Below, in pieces: positions 1 through 10,027 of a stretch of DNA of 64,000 nucleotides. Origin of the DNA: a virus (Duplodnaviria; Caudoviricetes); IMG/VR virus record IMGVR_UViG_3300017780_003104, positions 96,001 through 160,000 of that record; one strand, written 5' to 3'. The notes below the pieces were generated by a model. It had not been told where the DNA came from. It worked only from the letters and a program-made list of their open reading frames with translations, and did not search any database. A program made the translations under genes and the position numbers. Position 1 is the first letter of the stretch. Each line of letters starts with the position of its first letter.

Positions 1-1098
1 CTGGAAGGTAAGAATGGTTGGGTTAGCGACAAGATTTTATGGAATGAGGTTCCCGGTAGAACTCAATCATGGGCGGATAAAGTTAAAAGTGGATTAGCAT
101 CTGATGAAAAATGGAGGCAGGAATATGGTTGCGAATTTATTAATTCGGGGACATCATCCTTGAATGAGCATCTTTACAATGAATTAAAGAAGCATATTAA
201 ACCACCGATTGAAACATTGATGGATGGAAAATACCTCATATGGGAACATCCAAATCCAGAACGTATGTATGTTGTTGGTGTCGATGTGGCGGAAGGTGTA
301 GGTGGTGATTATTCCGTTATTAAAGTTCTTGATATCACAGATCTAAGGGAGATAATTGAAGTTGCCGAATATTATGACAATATGATATCCGTTTCTGAAT
401 TTTCTAATAAATTATATGAAATACTTCAACATTGGGGAAATCCTTTAGTTTGTATTGAACGTAATAATCAGGGAGGTCAAGTTGCAGATAGATTAGGTTT
501 AGATTTTGGATATCCAAAAATGGTAAATTGGGGTTCTAAACTTGCAGGTAGGAAAAACTTAGAATTGTTCGGAATGGTATCGAGTAGAAATACAAAGTAT
601 TACGCATGTTCCAATGCTCGCTATTATTATAGTGATAAACAATCGGTTATTTTTAGAAATGATCATTCCCTTGAGGAACTGTTTAAAGATTTCGTAAAAG
701 TTAATGATACGTGGCAAGCTATGTCAGGAAAGCATGATGATAGGACTATGGCAATGATATGGGCATTAATGGTTCTAGATAAAGATTTATGCGAGAGATG
801 GTTCACTATTGATGAATATGATGATTGTGGTAAACCATTAAGAATATCAACATTAGATTTCGGGATCAAATATTTCGAAAATCCAACATCTATATATACC
901 AATGAACAAGTTGATAAGATCGAACACTCCCGACTTGCACCAATGGTGTTTGGTTCATTCGGAGAAGCTGATAATGAGTTGGCACAATTACAAAATGATG
1001 GATGGTCATTACTTGGTGGGGGTAGCATGCCTTATCAAGATCCTAGTAGGACATTATCAGATGATCAATATGCTGCAATGGGTAGGATATTTAGTTAA
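1..1098 (+). CDS. gp17: Terminase large subunit, C-terminal (nuclease) part; gene begins before the window
   Basis: Frame is open from base 1 (WNEVPGRTQSW...WRQEYGCEF) into the track ORF; RNase H-like motifs YVVGVDVAEGVGGDYS, CIERNNQGG and HDDRTMA. Confidence 0.9.
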   Translation: MEGKNGWVSDKILWNEVPGRTQSWADKVKSGLASDEKWRQEYGCEFINSGTSSLNEHLYNELKKHIKPPIETLMDGKYLIWEHPNPERMYVVGVDVAEGVGGDYSVIKVLDITDLREIIEVAEYYDNMISVSEFSNKLYEILQHWGNPLVCIERNNQGGQVADRLGLDFGYPKMVNWGSKLAGRKNLELFGMVSSRNTKYYACSNARYYYSDKQSVIFRNDHSLEELFKDFVKVNDTWQAMSGKHDDRTMAMIWALMVLDKDLCERWFTIDEYDDCGKPLRISTLDFGIKYFENPTSIYTNEQVDKIEHSRLAPMVFGSFGEADNELAQLQNDGWSLLGGGSMPYQDPSRTLSDDQYAAMGRIFS

Positions 1099-1107
1099 AT
1101 ATAATAA

Positions 1108-1689
1108 ATGAACATCCAACAAAGCGTTTTAAACAAGGCCCGTCAGGACAAATTTATACTTGTGTTTGACTTACCTCCTATACTAAAGCCAATCGCCAAA
1201 AAATATGACAGGAATAATAGAACAATTATACCGGATAGTGTTCAATTTTCGGTGTTTGGAACTATTATACCAGAAGTAGCCGTAAAGGGTGTCGAGAATA
1301 GATATGCGGGTTCGACCTTATATATATCATCTTTTAGTAAGGATTCCCCACCACCAGTCAATATAAAGTTCAACGTTGACTCGATGTATAATAATTATTT
1401 CACTATATGGTCTTGGTTAAATTTATTACATGATCATAAAACTGGAATATATAATGAAAGAGGATTAATACCAGAAGATGCTAATTTTAATGATTATATG
1501 ACAGATTTATCAGTATATGGTCTTGATGAATTTGGTAAAAAGAGAATACACTTCAAATACATAAAAGCTTTCGTGACAAGTCTAGATGAAATAACTTATA
1601 ATCAAAAATCAGAGCAAGGTGAAGAGATCGAATCTGGTTTTACATTCCTTTATAGCCAGATGCACGTTGAAATTTTAAACGAAAATTGA
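1108..1689 (+). CDS. Tail tube terminator / tail completion protein (T4 gp3-like)
   Basis: Tube-fold pattern (FSVFGTIIP...VNIKFNVDSMYNNY..IWSWL...FTFLYS); lies just before the sheath gene. Confidence 0.6.
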   Translation: MNIQQSVLNKARQDKFILVFDLPPILKPIAKKYDRNNRTIIPDSVQFSVFGTIIPEVAVKGVENRYAGSTLYISSFSKDSPPPVNIKFNVDSMYNNYFTIWSWLNLLHDHKTGIYNERGLIPEDANFNDYMTDLSVYGLDEFGKKRIHFKYIKAFVTSLDEITYNQKSEQGEEIESGFTFLYSQMHVEILNEN

Positions 1690-1740
1690 ATTTGTTATTT
1701 ATCTTTTGGAAAGTTTATCAATTGAAAGATAAATAACATT

Positions 1741-4164
1741 ATGGCAACTCGCACAATTTTAAGCCCCGGTGTTGAAATATTTGAAAGAGATTTATCTCTA
1801 ATAGCCCCACAAAATGTGGGAACGAATGTATTCATTGCTGGGTATGCAGCACAAGGACCAACTGATGAAGTGATTAAAATCACTACAAGAGCAGATTTGG
1901 ATCAAATTTATGGACCTCCAACTAATAGTGCTGAGAGATACTTTTACCATGGAGTTCGTGAACTTTTAAATTCACCAGCAAATATCTATACTTCAAGACT
2001 TCCATATGGATCTGGAAGTGGTGCTGGATTTGGATCTGAATATTCAGCACTGGTATATCCAGTTCAACACGTTAATGAAACTACTGTTGATAGTCTCAGT
2101 CTTGCTTCTGCATCGTTATCAGCAACTGCAATAGCTAGCTTATCTTCATCTGTTACCTCAGATCTAAATCAACTTTCTGGAACATATGTGCTAGGTGATC
2201 CAGTTCATGTAACACTTAGCGAAACTCAATATCAACTAATCCAAGAAGGTTCTCTATTTACTTGGAGTGCCAGTGCATGTGAACGAAGTCAATTAACAAC
2301 ATTTGATAATCTTGGTAGAGCTGGATTAATTATCCTTAATAAATCCCAAACAACTATCAATAGTCAATTTGAAGGTTATTATATTGGTATTGCTGATAAC
2401 ACTAATATCAACCCAGCATCTAATTATACATCGATTATTGGGGCTAAGACCGTTAGCGTATCTGCTACATATACACCAAACTTTACTAATATTCCTCTTG
2501 GAACTTTCCAATTTAGCTTAACATCTACACCAAATGGTAATTCTGGGAGTATCTCCCAAATCATGGAAAATCTTACGGATTACAACATTGATGGAAGAGA
2601 AGATGATGATTTACTTAACATTGGTATATTCAAACTTCGTAAGAGTTTCTACGCAACAGACGCTTATAAATTAGATTATGTCGTAGATAGTGCTATTGTT
2701 GGATCTATTGATAGCTTCAGAACCCGACCAAATCAATTAGGTGGTCCATTTGTATCATTTTACTTAGAGAATGAAGATAGTAACAATAGAAATGTTGAAG
2801 TCTTGGTTAATCCATATATATCTAATAAGTTTGGATCTACTGCTGTTGGTGTTGATGGAATTCCTAACAAAAAGGTTCGTATATTAACCCATGATTTGGT
2901 TAATGGTGTCAATGCTTTATACACAAACAGTGTTAATAGTTTAACAGCGACCAATCTATATGGTGTTCTTAATCCTCAAGTAGATGTATTAGTATCTAGA
3001 GTTAGTTACGCTGACAATATCTATCCAGTTGGATCATACAGTTCTGGTCAAATTACATCTAAAGTATTAGGATCGATTCCTTCTAAAATTGAGAGAGCAT
3101 TAGAAGCCGTCAAGAATGATGAGATTTATGATATAGATGTTGTCGTTGAAGCTGGTCTTGGAACCATTCATGTCATGACCAATATTCTTGGAACGGAGAA
3201 TCAATCTCTTTCAACTACATACTATGACGATACCAAATTTAGTGATGACTTAAGTAATGCCTTGGATACTATTAGAACCTCAAATCCATTAGATGAAATT
3301 GGTACAGATATTAGAAGTAATTATAGTGTGATTTTTAATGTGTTTGAAAATTTTTGTAATCTTCCATCCAATACTGGTGGTCGTGGTGACTGTATGTTTA
3401 TAGCAGACCCAATTCGTCATATCATGGTAACTGGTAAGAGTAATAAAGTTCTGTCAGATAGATCGAAGAATTTCCAAACTCATATATATTGGGCGATGAG
3501 ACATCAGTTCGAAAATGAAAATACTTCATACGCCGCAACTTATGGTAACTGGGCATTGGTTTATGATGAATTCTTAGGTGATAAAGTGTGGGTTCCATTC
3601 TCTTCAGTTGCTGGTGCAGCTTTTGCTCGTAATGATGCAGCGGAATTCCCATGGTCTGCTCCTGCTGGATACACTAGAGGTCTTGTGAGTGGAACCGTAG
3701 TTGACATTGCAATCACACCTAATCAAAAGCAACGCGATGAACTCTACAAGAGTAACATCAACCCCGTTCTTTTCTCACCATCACAAGGTATGGCAATCTT
3801 TGGTCAAAAGACTATGAGTAGAAAGCCAAGTGCCTTTGATAGAATTAATGTTCGTAGATGTTTCTTAGCTCTAGAACGTCCAACTAAAAAGGCATCTATC
3901 TTCTTCGTATTCGAACCAAACACTGAATATACTAGAACGAGATTTGTCAATACTATTAAACCAATATTTGAATATGCTAAAAATAATCAAGGAGTTTACG
4001 ACTATCTAATTGTTTGTGATGAAAGAAACAACACACCACAAGTTATTGATAGTAATGAGATGAGAGCAGATATTTATATCAAACCAGTTAGAACTGCCGA
4101 GTTTATCTTAGTATCCTTCATTGCAACTCGCACTGATGCGAATTTTGAAGAGTTGATTGGGTGA
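1741..4164 (+). CDS. gp18: Contractile tail sheath protein
   Basis: N-terminal SPGVEIFERDLS; C-terminal PWSAPAGYTRG, QRDELYKSNINPV, FDRINVRRCF and IYIKPVRTAEFI. Confidence 0.95.
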   Translation: MATRTILSPGVEIFERDLSLIAPQNVGTNVFIAGYAAQGPTDEVIKITTRADLDQIYGPPTNSAERYFYHGVRELLNSPANIYTSRLPYGSGSGAGFGSEYSALVYPVQHVNETTVDSLSLASASLSATAIASLSSSVTSDLNQLSGTYVLGDPVHVTLSETQYQLIQEGSLFTWSASACERSQLTTFDNLGRAGLIILNKSQTTINSQFEGYYIGIADNTNINPASNYTSIIGAKTVSVSATYTPNFTNIPLGTFQFSLTSTPNGNSGSISQIMENLTDYNIDGREDDDLLNIGIFKLRKSFYATDAYKLDYVVDSAIVGSIDSFRTRPNQLGGPFVSFYLENEDSNNRNVEVLVNPYISNKFGSTAVGVDGIPNKKVRILTHDLVNGVNALYTNSVNSLTATNLYGVLNPQVDVLVSRVSYADNIYPVGSYSSGQITSKVLGSIPSKIERALEAVKNDEIYDIDVVVEAGLGTIHVMTNILGTENQSLSTTYYDDTKFSDDLSNALDTIRTSNPLDEIGTDIRSNYSVIFNVFENFCNLPSNTGGRGDCMFIADPIRHIMVTGKSNKVLSDRSKNFQTHIYWAMRHQFENENTSYAATYGNWALVYDEFLGDKVWVPFSSVAGAAFARNDAAEFPWSAPAGYTRGLVSGTVVDIAITPNQKQRDELYKSNINPVLFSPSQGMAIFGQKTMSRKPSAFDRINVRRCFLALERPTKKASIFFVFEPNTEYTRTRFVNTIKPIFEYAKNNQGVYDYLIVCDERNNTPQVIDSNEMRADIYIKPVRTAEFILVSFIATRTDANFEELIG

Positions 4165-4191
4165 TAAATATAACATATACTAAATAATAAT

Positions 4192-4758
4192 ATGCCAACA
4201 AACATTAATACATTCTATAATCTTGCATCTCAAAGACAATTTGCTAGAGATTTCTTCCTGAGAGTTCACCACATTGAACTTCCCGGTATTTCACTATTCG
4301 GTGATACGGATTTAGTTTTCGCTAAAACCGCATCAATACCCGGAAGAAATATCGAGAATAAGATAGTTAATTACTCTGGACAACAATTCAATCTTAATGG
4401 TAAGTCTAGTTATCCGGGATCAGAGGCTTATAGCATTGAATTCTTTCATACTCAAGATTTAGATCTTCGTAAAAAATTAGAATATGCATCGAGACTTACA
4501 TTCGATAATGAGACTACAACGGGTCAACTTTGTATGCCGGGACCAGAATCATATATAATCCTTGATGTATTATCAGTTCCTTGTGGTCAAGGTAATCAAG
4601 GGGGTGAGGGAATGCAAGTAATTCAGCAAATCAAACTTGTTGGTGTTTCTATTAGAGAAATCGGAGAAGTCGCATATCAAATTGCTGATGGAACTGGTGA
4701 AGTTCTATCTATTCCATGCACATTCTCATATCATTGGTATGAGAATTTTTCATACTAA
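4192..4758 (+). CDS. gp19: Tail tube protein
   Basis: Follows the sheath; KTASIPGRNI...VNYSGQQFNLNG and FSYHWYE ends are typical of T4-like tubes. Confidence 0.8.
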   Translation: MPTNINTFYNLASQRQFARDFFLRVHHIELPGISLFGDTDLVFAKTASIPGRNIENKIVNYSGQQFNLNGKSSYPGSEAYSIEFFHTQDLDLRKKLEYASRLTFDNETTTGQLCMPGPESYIILDVLSVPCGQGNQGGEGMQVIQQIKLVGVSIREIGEVAYQIADGTGEVLSIPCTFSYHWYENFSY

Positions 4759-4780
4759 TAGTTTAATAAATAAATCTTTT

Positions 4781-4810
4781 AAACCCAATTAATTCATTTT
4801 AATTGGGTTT
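4781..4810 (+). terminator. Hairpin, probable intrinsic terminator after the tail tube gene
   Basis: AAACCCAATTAA-TTCATT-TTAATTGGGTTT is a perfect 12-bp inverted repeat followed by a T-rich tract. Confidence 0.55.
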
Positions 4811-4835
4811 ATTTGTTGTATGGGTAAATAATTAA

Positions 4836-5435
4836 GTGAATCCTAATATTTACGAATTTTTCGCTGCGTTCTCTTATGATCCCAAATTCTATTTACACTT
4901 ACCAGTTCTTTGGACTGTTTCAATTGATGGAGTAACGGAGAGATCAATTAATAATGTTTTACTTGATGCTGGGGAACAATGGATGGCTAAGACAGATCCA
5001 TGGAAAATGTCTAGAAGTGGAAATATATTAGTAGCACAGGAAGTATCACTACCACAAGAATCATCAAATTTCTCAGCATTAGAATTTGGTAGCGGGATGG
5101 GTGGATACTTACCGGGATATGCATTAAATAATAGAACTAATTTTTTAGATAGATCATTTTCAATTAATTTCATTGAAACTGAATTAGACATAGAACATAA
5201 TTTCTTCAGACCATGGTTAATTGCTCTTGGTGTTAAAGGGTTGATAGAATATGGACCATCACTAAAATCTAGTATAGAGATTAAACAATATACCAATGAT
5301 GGAATATTGATACGAGGATTCCGATTTAATAAAGCATTTCCAACTGCAATTGAAGGTTATACCCTTAATTATGAAAATACTGACATTCCAATTAAATCGG
5401 TAACATTTGGTTGTCAGAATTATGAACAAATATGA
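4836..5435 (+). CDS. Tail-tube-family baseplate/tube initiator (gp54-like)
   Basis: Tube-like pattern (FSINFIET..F.RPW...IEIKQY...FPTAIEGYTLNY..VTF); synteny; GTG start 5 nt after TAAATA. Confidence 0.5.
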   Translation: MNPNIYEFFAAFSYDPKFYLHLPVLWTVSIDGVTERSINNVLLDAGEQWMAKTDPWKMSRSGNILVAQEVSLPQESSNFSALEFGSGMGGYLPGYALNNRTNFLDRSFSINFIETELDIEHNFFRPWLIALGVKGLIEYGPSLKSSIEIKQYTNDGILIRGFRFNKAFPTAIEGYTLNYENTDIPIKSVTFGCQNYEQI

Positions 5436-6220
5436 TATTATCAATTCCAAGCTTATCTGAAGAATGTAATATAAACGTATCGGAATTCACATTAGAGGAT
5501 TTCAGGAATATATCATTCCTGATCGAACAGAATAATGATAATGAATTATATAAGTTTCTAATATCTAAAATAGAGACTCCATGCAATGCATATGATAAAT
5601 TCTATGTTCTTTTTAAAATGAGAATATTATTAGTAAATGAAAATATATCATTTAATAATGGAAGAGCTAATATAAAAGTAAATTTAAAATCTTGGGATAA
5701 TACGATTTTAGATAACTATAAAGATATCAAAAAGGATATAATATTTGAGGATTTTATAGCAACAGTGAATTACCCAGAGCATATGATGTACGATAATTAT
5801 GATGATTGTGTAATGGGATGTATTGCAAAAATTTCATATAAAGGTAGAGACATTAAATTCTTCGGATTGGATAAAACTGAAAAGCTTTCAATTTTGGAGA
5901 GAATACCACCATCGTTATATATTTCAATTAAGGACTATATAACTGAACATCGCATGGATAGGTTAATTGTAATGGAGTCTAAATTAGATTTACCAGAAAT
6001 CGATATAAATATTTTCAATAATAATGCATACGAATTATTAAAAATATTATATAATTACTATAAGTATGACGATATATTAGAATTGATATTTATGCTAAGT
6101 CGAAAAATCAATGATATTGGGTATTTGAATAGTAGAAATCCAAGAGATTTGGACCTTTTAATACAAATATATTCAGAAGATGTTGAAAAAACCTCCCATG
6201 ATAGTAAATCATATATATGA
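5432..6220 (+). CDS. Probable baseplate hub assembly protein (gp26/gp51-like)
   Basis: Position in the baseplate block and acidic composition; weak family assignment. Confidence 0.35.
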   Translation: MILSIPSLSEECNINVSEFTLEDFRNISFLIEQNNDNELYKFLISKIETPCNAYDKFYVLFKMRILLVNENISFNNGRANIKVNLKSWDNTILDNYKDIKKDIIFEDFIATVNYPEHMMYDNYDDCVMGCIAKISYKGRDIKFFGLDKTEKLSILERIPPSLYISIKDYITEHRMDRLIVMESKLDLPEIDINIFNNNAYELLKILYNYYKYDDILELIFMLSRKINDIGYLNSRNPRDLDLLIQIYSEDVEKTSHDSKSYI

Positions 6221-6939
6221 GTAAGAATCAATTACAAGACTTTCTTGATATTTTAGATAAATGTGAAGATAAATCCTTGAAGGTTAATGTATCATCTAAA
6301 GATCACGTATTAGTTTCACCCCTTTCCTTCAAACAACAAAAAACCTTAATAACAACTGGATTGGATGGTATAACTGGTGTTATGGTATTTGTTAAAAATT
6401 TAAATGATATCATTTTAAACAATTCGGATGATGAAAATCTGAAAATCTACGATAGGATTCCAATTGCATTAGCATTGAGAAAAAAATTATCAGATAAAAA
6501 AATAGAAAAAGATGAGATTAAAATAGATGTTGATGATTTAATTAATCAATTTAAAAAATTTGATCTAGATGAAACTAGACAAATAGAATTAGATGGTTAT
6601 TCTGTGAATCTTAGGATACCCACACTAAAACAAGAAAATAAATCATTATCGATATGTATTGAAGATCTGAAAAAAATGGACTCTGATAATATTGGTAAAA
6701 ATGTGGCATTGATCCTCTCCTACGAGCTTCCAAAATTTATCGATAGTATCATGTTCGGTGATAATGTGATAAAATTTGATGACATTCCAAATTCAGAAAA
6801 AATTAAAATAATGGATAAGTTGCCAGCAAATGTGACCAATAATATCACAGAATTCATCTTAAAAGTTAGAGAATATGATGAATCTCTCTTAACATGGTCT
6901 GGAATAACGGTAGATATTGATTCATCCTTCTTCGAATAA
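6217..6939 (+). CDS. Baseplate hub assembly protein (gp26-like)
   Basis: SPLSFKQQKTL, DRIPIALALR, VNLRIP and IMDKLP segments resemble gp26-like chaperones; synteny. Confidence 0.45.
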   Translation: MSKNQLQDFLDILDKCEDKSLKVNVSSKDHVLVSPLSFKQQKTLITTGLDGITGVMVFVKNLNDIILNNSDDENLKIYDRIPIALALRKKLSDKKIEKDEIKIDVDDLINQFKKFDLDETRQIELDGYSVNLRIPTLKQENKSLSICIEDLKKMDSDNIGKNVALILSYELPKFIDSIMFGDNVIKFDDIPNSEKIKIMDKLPANVTNNITEFILKVREYDESLLTWSGITVDIDSSFFE

Positions 6940-6961
6940 AGAATAAAGATTAAATACTAAT

Positions 6962-8740
6962 GTGGAATTAGTAGAACAATTTTTAGGAATTTTAGATAAA
7001 CAAACCAAACTCGTAGATGAACTTGCATCTATGAAGTCTGGTGGTAATACATTAGTATCTAAAAACATAATAAAATCAGATAATTCAACATTTGATTCGG
7101 ATAGTTCACAACCATCAAAACTGAATTCAAAGGAGAGAGCTAGAACCGCAGAGGCATCGTCTATCTTTATATCTAAATTCTTCAGTGAAGAAAAGAAACA
7201 TAGAAAAGATACAGCGGAGAAGACATCAATCTCTAAACTGGTAAAACCTACCCTTCAAACAAAAAGTAAATCATTAACAGGAATATCCGACAAAAAGGGT
7301 GGTGGTGGATTAATGGAAGCATTGATGGGTATGTTGGGTCTTGGATCACTTAGCAAACTAATAAAACCCGGAGCATTAATAAAATCATTATTCAAGAAAG
7401 GTCTAGCTACAATATCTAGTAAATTGAAGGGTGTTATATCTTCCATTTGGGGTGGCACTAAGAACTTAACATCAAAAATGATTACTAGTCTAAAAGATGT
7501 AACATCAAAAGCTTTAGATGGAGTTAAAGGTGTTTTTGGTTCAATTAAAGATAAAGCACTTGGAATGTTTGAAAAAGTTGGGACTAAAATATCTGGTCTA
7601 TGGGGAACTATAACTAATTCAAGTGCATATAAAACATTTTCTGGATTGATTGACGATGCTGCTTCTGCAATATCTAAAGTATTTCAAGGAGTTAAGAATA
7701 AAGTTGGAACCTTTATTGAGTCGGGTTCTAAACTAGTCTCTAAATACACACCAGAACCTATAAAGGCTGGTGCAGCTAAAGCTGGATCAGCTTTGAAGAC
7801 TGCTGGTAAAGCTACGAGTAGTTGGTTGGGTAGAGCTAGTGGATTTATTAAATCAACTGCTGGTGAAGCTGCTGGTGGTGCTGTTAAATATGGTAAGGCT
7901 GCTGGTGGTGCTGTTAAGGGTTTCAGTAAGGGTGCGGTTGATTCAGCTAAAGGATTAGTTGCATCGACATTTCAAAGTGCCATTAAGAAATCTGGTGGGA
8001 TGATAGGAATGATGGGAAAACTTACAGCCAAAAGTGCTAGAGGTGTAGCTAAAGTTCCAATTATAGGTCCAGCTATCGAAGCTGCATTTACAGCATATGA
8101 TATAGCTGAAATGAAAAAGAAAGGATTATCTGATTCTGAATTACAACAATTAGCTGGTAAACGAGTTATAAGTGGTGTAACTGGTATGATAGGTATGGCT
8201 AGTGGCTCCCTATTAGCTGGAGCATTGGGGAGTATTGTTCCCGGTGCTGGGACTGCATTAGGTGTTATTCTAGGTGGTATGGCTGGTGATGTAGCTGGGA
8301 GATTTTTAGGTGGTTTAGTGACCGATTATATAATCCCTAAAAAGTATACCAAAACTATCGGAGCTTTTGTGACAGGCACTCCACCACCCAGAGATGAAAT
8401 GCAAGACTTTATTATCAAGAATGGTAAAGTTCATAAATTTAGTAGTAAAGATGATGTCATGGGCATGAAAACAGGTGGGGCGATTGATGACTTCCTGAAA
8501 GGTGGTAGTGGTAATAATCAAACTATGCAGAAGATTGTCCAAGCTAATAATATATCCAATCAATATTTGAGAGCTATTGCTCATAATACCGCTATGATGG
8601 TTAATAAATTATCAAATAACTCATCAGGTGGGCGTCCAATTATAGTATCATCGCCACAATCGAAACCAGCACCTACAAAACAAATGGTGACAATTCCAAA
8701 TAATAGATCTGGTTACAGTGACAGTGCTTATGCATTATAA
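6962..8740 (+). CDS. Probable tape-measure / baseplate hub protein (gp29-like)
   Basis: 592 aa (T4 gp29 is about 590 aa); Ala/Gly/Lys-rich helical repeats and a glycine-zipper hydrophobic segment (GALGSIVPGAGTALGVILGGMAG). Confidence 0.5.
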   Translation: MELVEQFLGILDKQTKLVDELASMKSGGNTLVSKNIIKSDNSTFDSDSSQPSKLNSKERARTAEASSIFISKFFSEEKKHRKDTAEKTSISKLVKPTLQTKSKSLTGISDKKGGGGLMEALMGMLGLGSLSKLIKPGALIKSLFKKGLATISSKLKGVISSIWGGTKNLTSKMITSLKDVTSKALDGVKGVFGSIKDKALGMFEKVGTKISGLWGTITNSSAYKTFSGLIDDAASAISKVFQGVKNKVGTFIESGSKLVSKYTPEPIKAGAAKAGSALKTAGKATSSWLGRASGFIKSTAGEAAGGAVKYGKAAGGAVKGFSKGAVDSAKGLVASTFQSAIKKSGGMIGMMGKLTAKSARGVAKVPIIGPAIEAAFTAYDIAEMKKKGLSDSELQQLAGKRVISGVTGMIGMASGSLLAGALGSIVPGAGTALGVILGGMAGDVAGRFLGGLVTDYIIPKKYTKTIGAFVTGTPPPRDEMQDFIIKNGKVHKFSSKDDVMGMKTGGAIDDFLKGGSGNNQTMQKIVQANNISNQYLRAIAHNTAMMVNKLSNNSSGGRPIIVSSPQSKPAPTKQMVTIPNNRSGYSDSAYAL

Positions 8741-8751
8741 TAAATAAATAT

Positions 8752-9627
8752 ATGGCAATATATGATGTAGTAAAGAATTATGACTGGACCAGTGCTCCGA
8801 GAGGATCATATTACAGAAGTAATGCTCCAAAAATTTGGTTGAAATCGCATAAATTGATTTCAAATCAAATCATGTCAGCTATTAATGGATATATTGCGAT
8901 TGGTGTGAATGTTAATAAATCAGCTGAAGAATTCTACGATCAATTATATGGAGAATCTACAGAAAGGGAAGATGATTTTCTATTCCCATATTTCAGTGAT
9001 GGTGTGAGAGGTTTTGGTAATACTTTTGGTGATACTTTTCAGAGTGCTTTAGGTGGCTCTGGTGGGACATTAGCCGATGTAAATCAAGGATTTACCAAAT
9101 TCGTGGGAGGGGGTGCGGATGCGTATAATGTCGGGAAAGCTTCGTTTAATGCAGCGGGGAGTGCGGGTAAAGCATTAGGATCTATGGATTGGGGGGATGC
9201 TAAAATGCATATGTCACAAGCTCGTAGTGAATATAATGCGGGTGGGAGTCCCGGATCATATATCGAAACTCCGATGTTTTATCAATATGAAAAGAATGAT
9301 TCTACTGTTGATGTTTCTATGATTTTAGTAAACACTCTCAATGAGGATGCATACTTAGATAATATGGATTTGGTTAATAAATTAACCATTATTAATAGAC
9401 CACTAAGAAAAACCAGTATATCAGTTGAACCCCCAAGAATATATACTTTAAGAGTTCAAGGACTTCGATATATTAAATGGGCATACTGTAGTAATTTTAA
9501 TGTTAGTATGTTGGGAATGAAACGAGAAATCGATGGTGTTATAGTACCGGAAGCATATCAAATAGATATGTCATTCCAATCTCTAACAATGGAACATGCA
9601 GGATTCATGGATAGAATAATTAGTTAA
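8752..9627 (+). CDS. Baseplate tail-tube cap-like protein (gp48-like)
   Basis: Follows the tape-measure candidate; EPPRIYTL...AYCSNFNVS...PEAYQIDMSFQSL pattern. Confidence 0.45.
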   Translation: MAIYDVVKNYDWTSAPRGSYYRSNAPKIWLKSHKLISNQIMSAINGYIAIGVNVNKSAEEFYDQLYGESTEREDDFLFPYFSDGVRGFGNTFGDTFQSALGGSGGTLADVNQGFTKFVGGGADAYNVGKASFNAAGSAGKALGSMDWGDAKMHMSQARSEYNAGGSPGSYIETPMFYQYEKNDSTVDVSMILVNTLNEDAYLDNMDLVNKLTIINRPLRKTSISVEPPRIYTLRVQGLRYIKWAYCSNFNVSMLGMKREIDGVIVPEAYQIDMSFQSLTMEHAGFMDRIIS

Positions 9628-9628
9628 T

Positions 9629-10027
9629 ATGATAGAGATTGGAACATACCAAAACGATATAACAGACTTGTCAATTTTAAGTATTGAGAATTATGAACGT
9701 ATATTCAAGATATTTAAATCATCAATTGATGATAGGGATTTTTATGTTTATAATATCTTGAAAACAATCGAATTCCCGTCTATAGATGAGAAGTATATAA
9801 ATTATCATACTGTAGATTCTAAAATATCATTAACAATATTGTCTTATAAATTATATGGTGATTTGAAAAGTTGGTGGATGCTTTATCTAATGAATAAAGA
9901 TGTATTTGAAGGTGCTCCATTTTACATTAATGGTGGTGTTAAAATAAAATATATCAAAGACGAAGTTAGAACTTTAATATACAATGATATAACTAACTCA
10001 ACCATATATGGAGGTAAACATTACTAA
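9629..10027 (+). CDS. Baseplate wedge subunit (gp53-like, LysM-like)
   Basis: YHTV..ISLTILSYKLYGDLKSWWMLYLMN motif. Confidence 0.65.
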   Translation: MIEIGTYQNDITDLSILSIENYERIFKIFKSSIDDRDFYVYNILKTIEFPSIDEKYINYHTVDSKISLTILSYKLYGDLKSWWMLYLMNKDVFEGAPFYINGGVKIKYIKDEVRTLIYNDITNSTIYGGKHY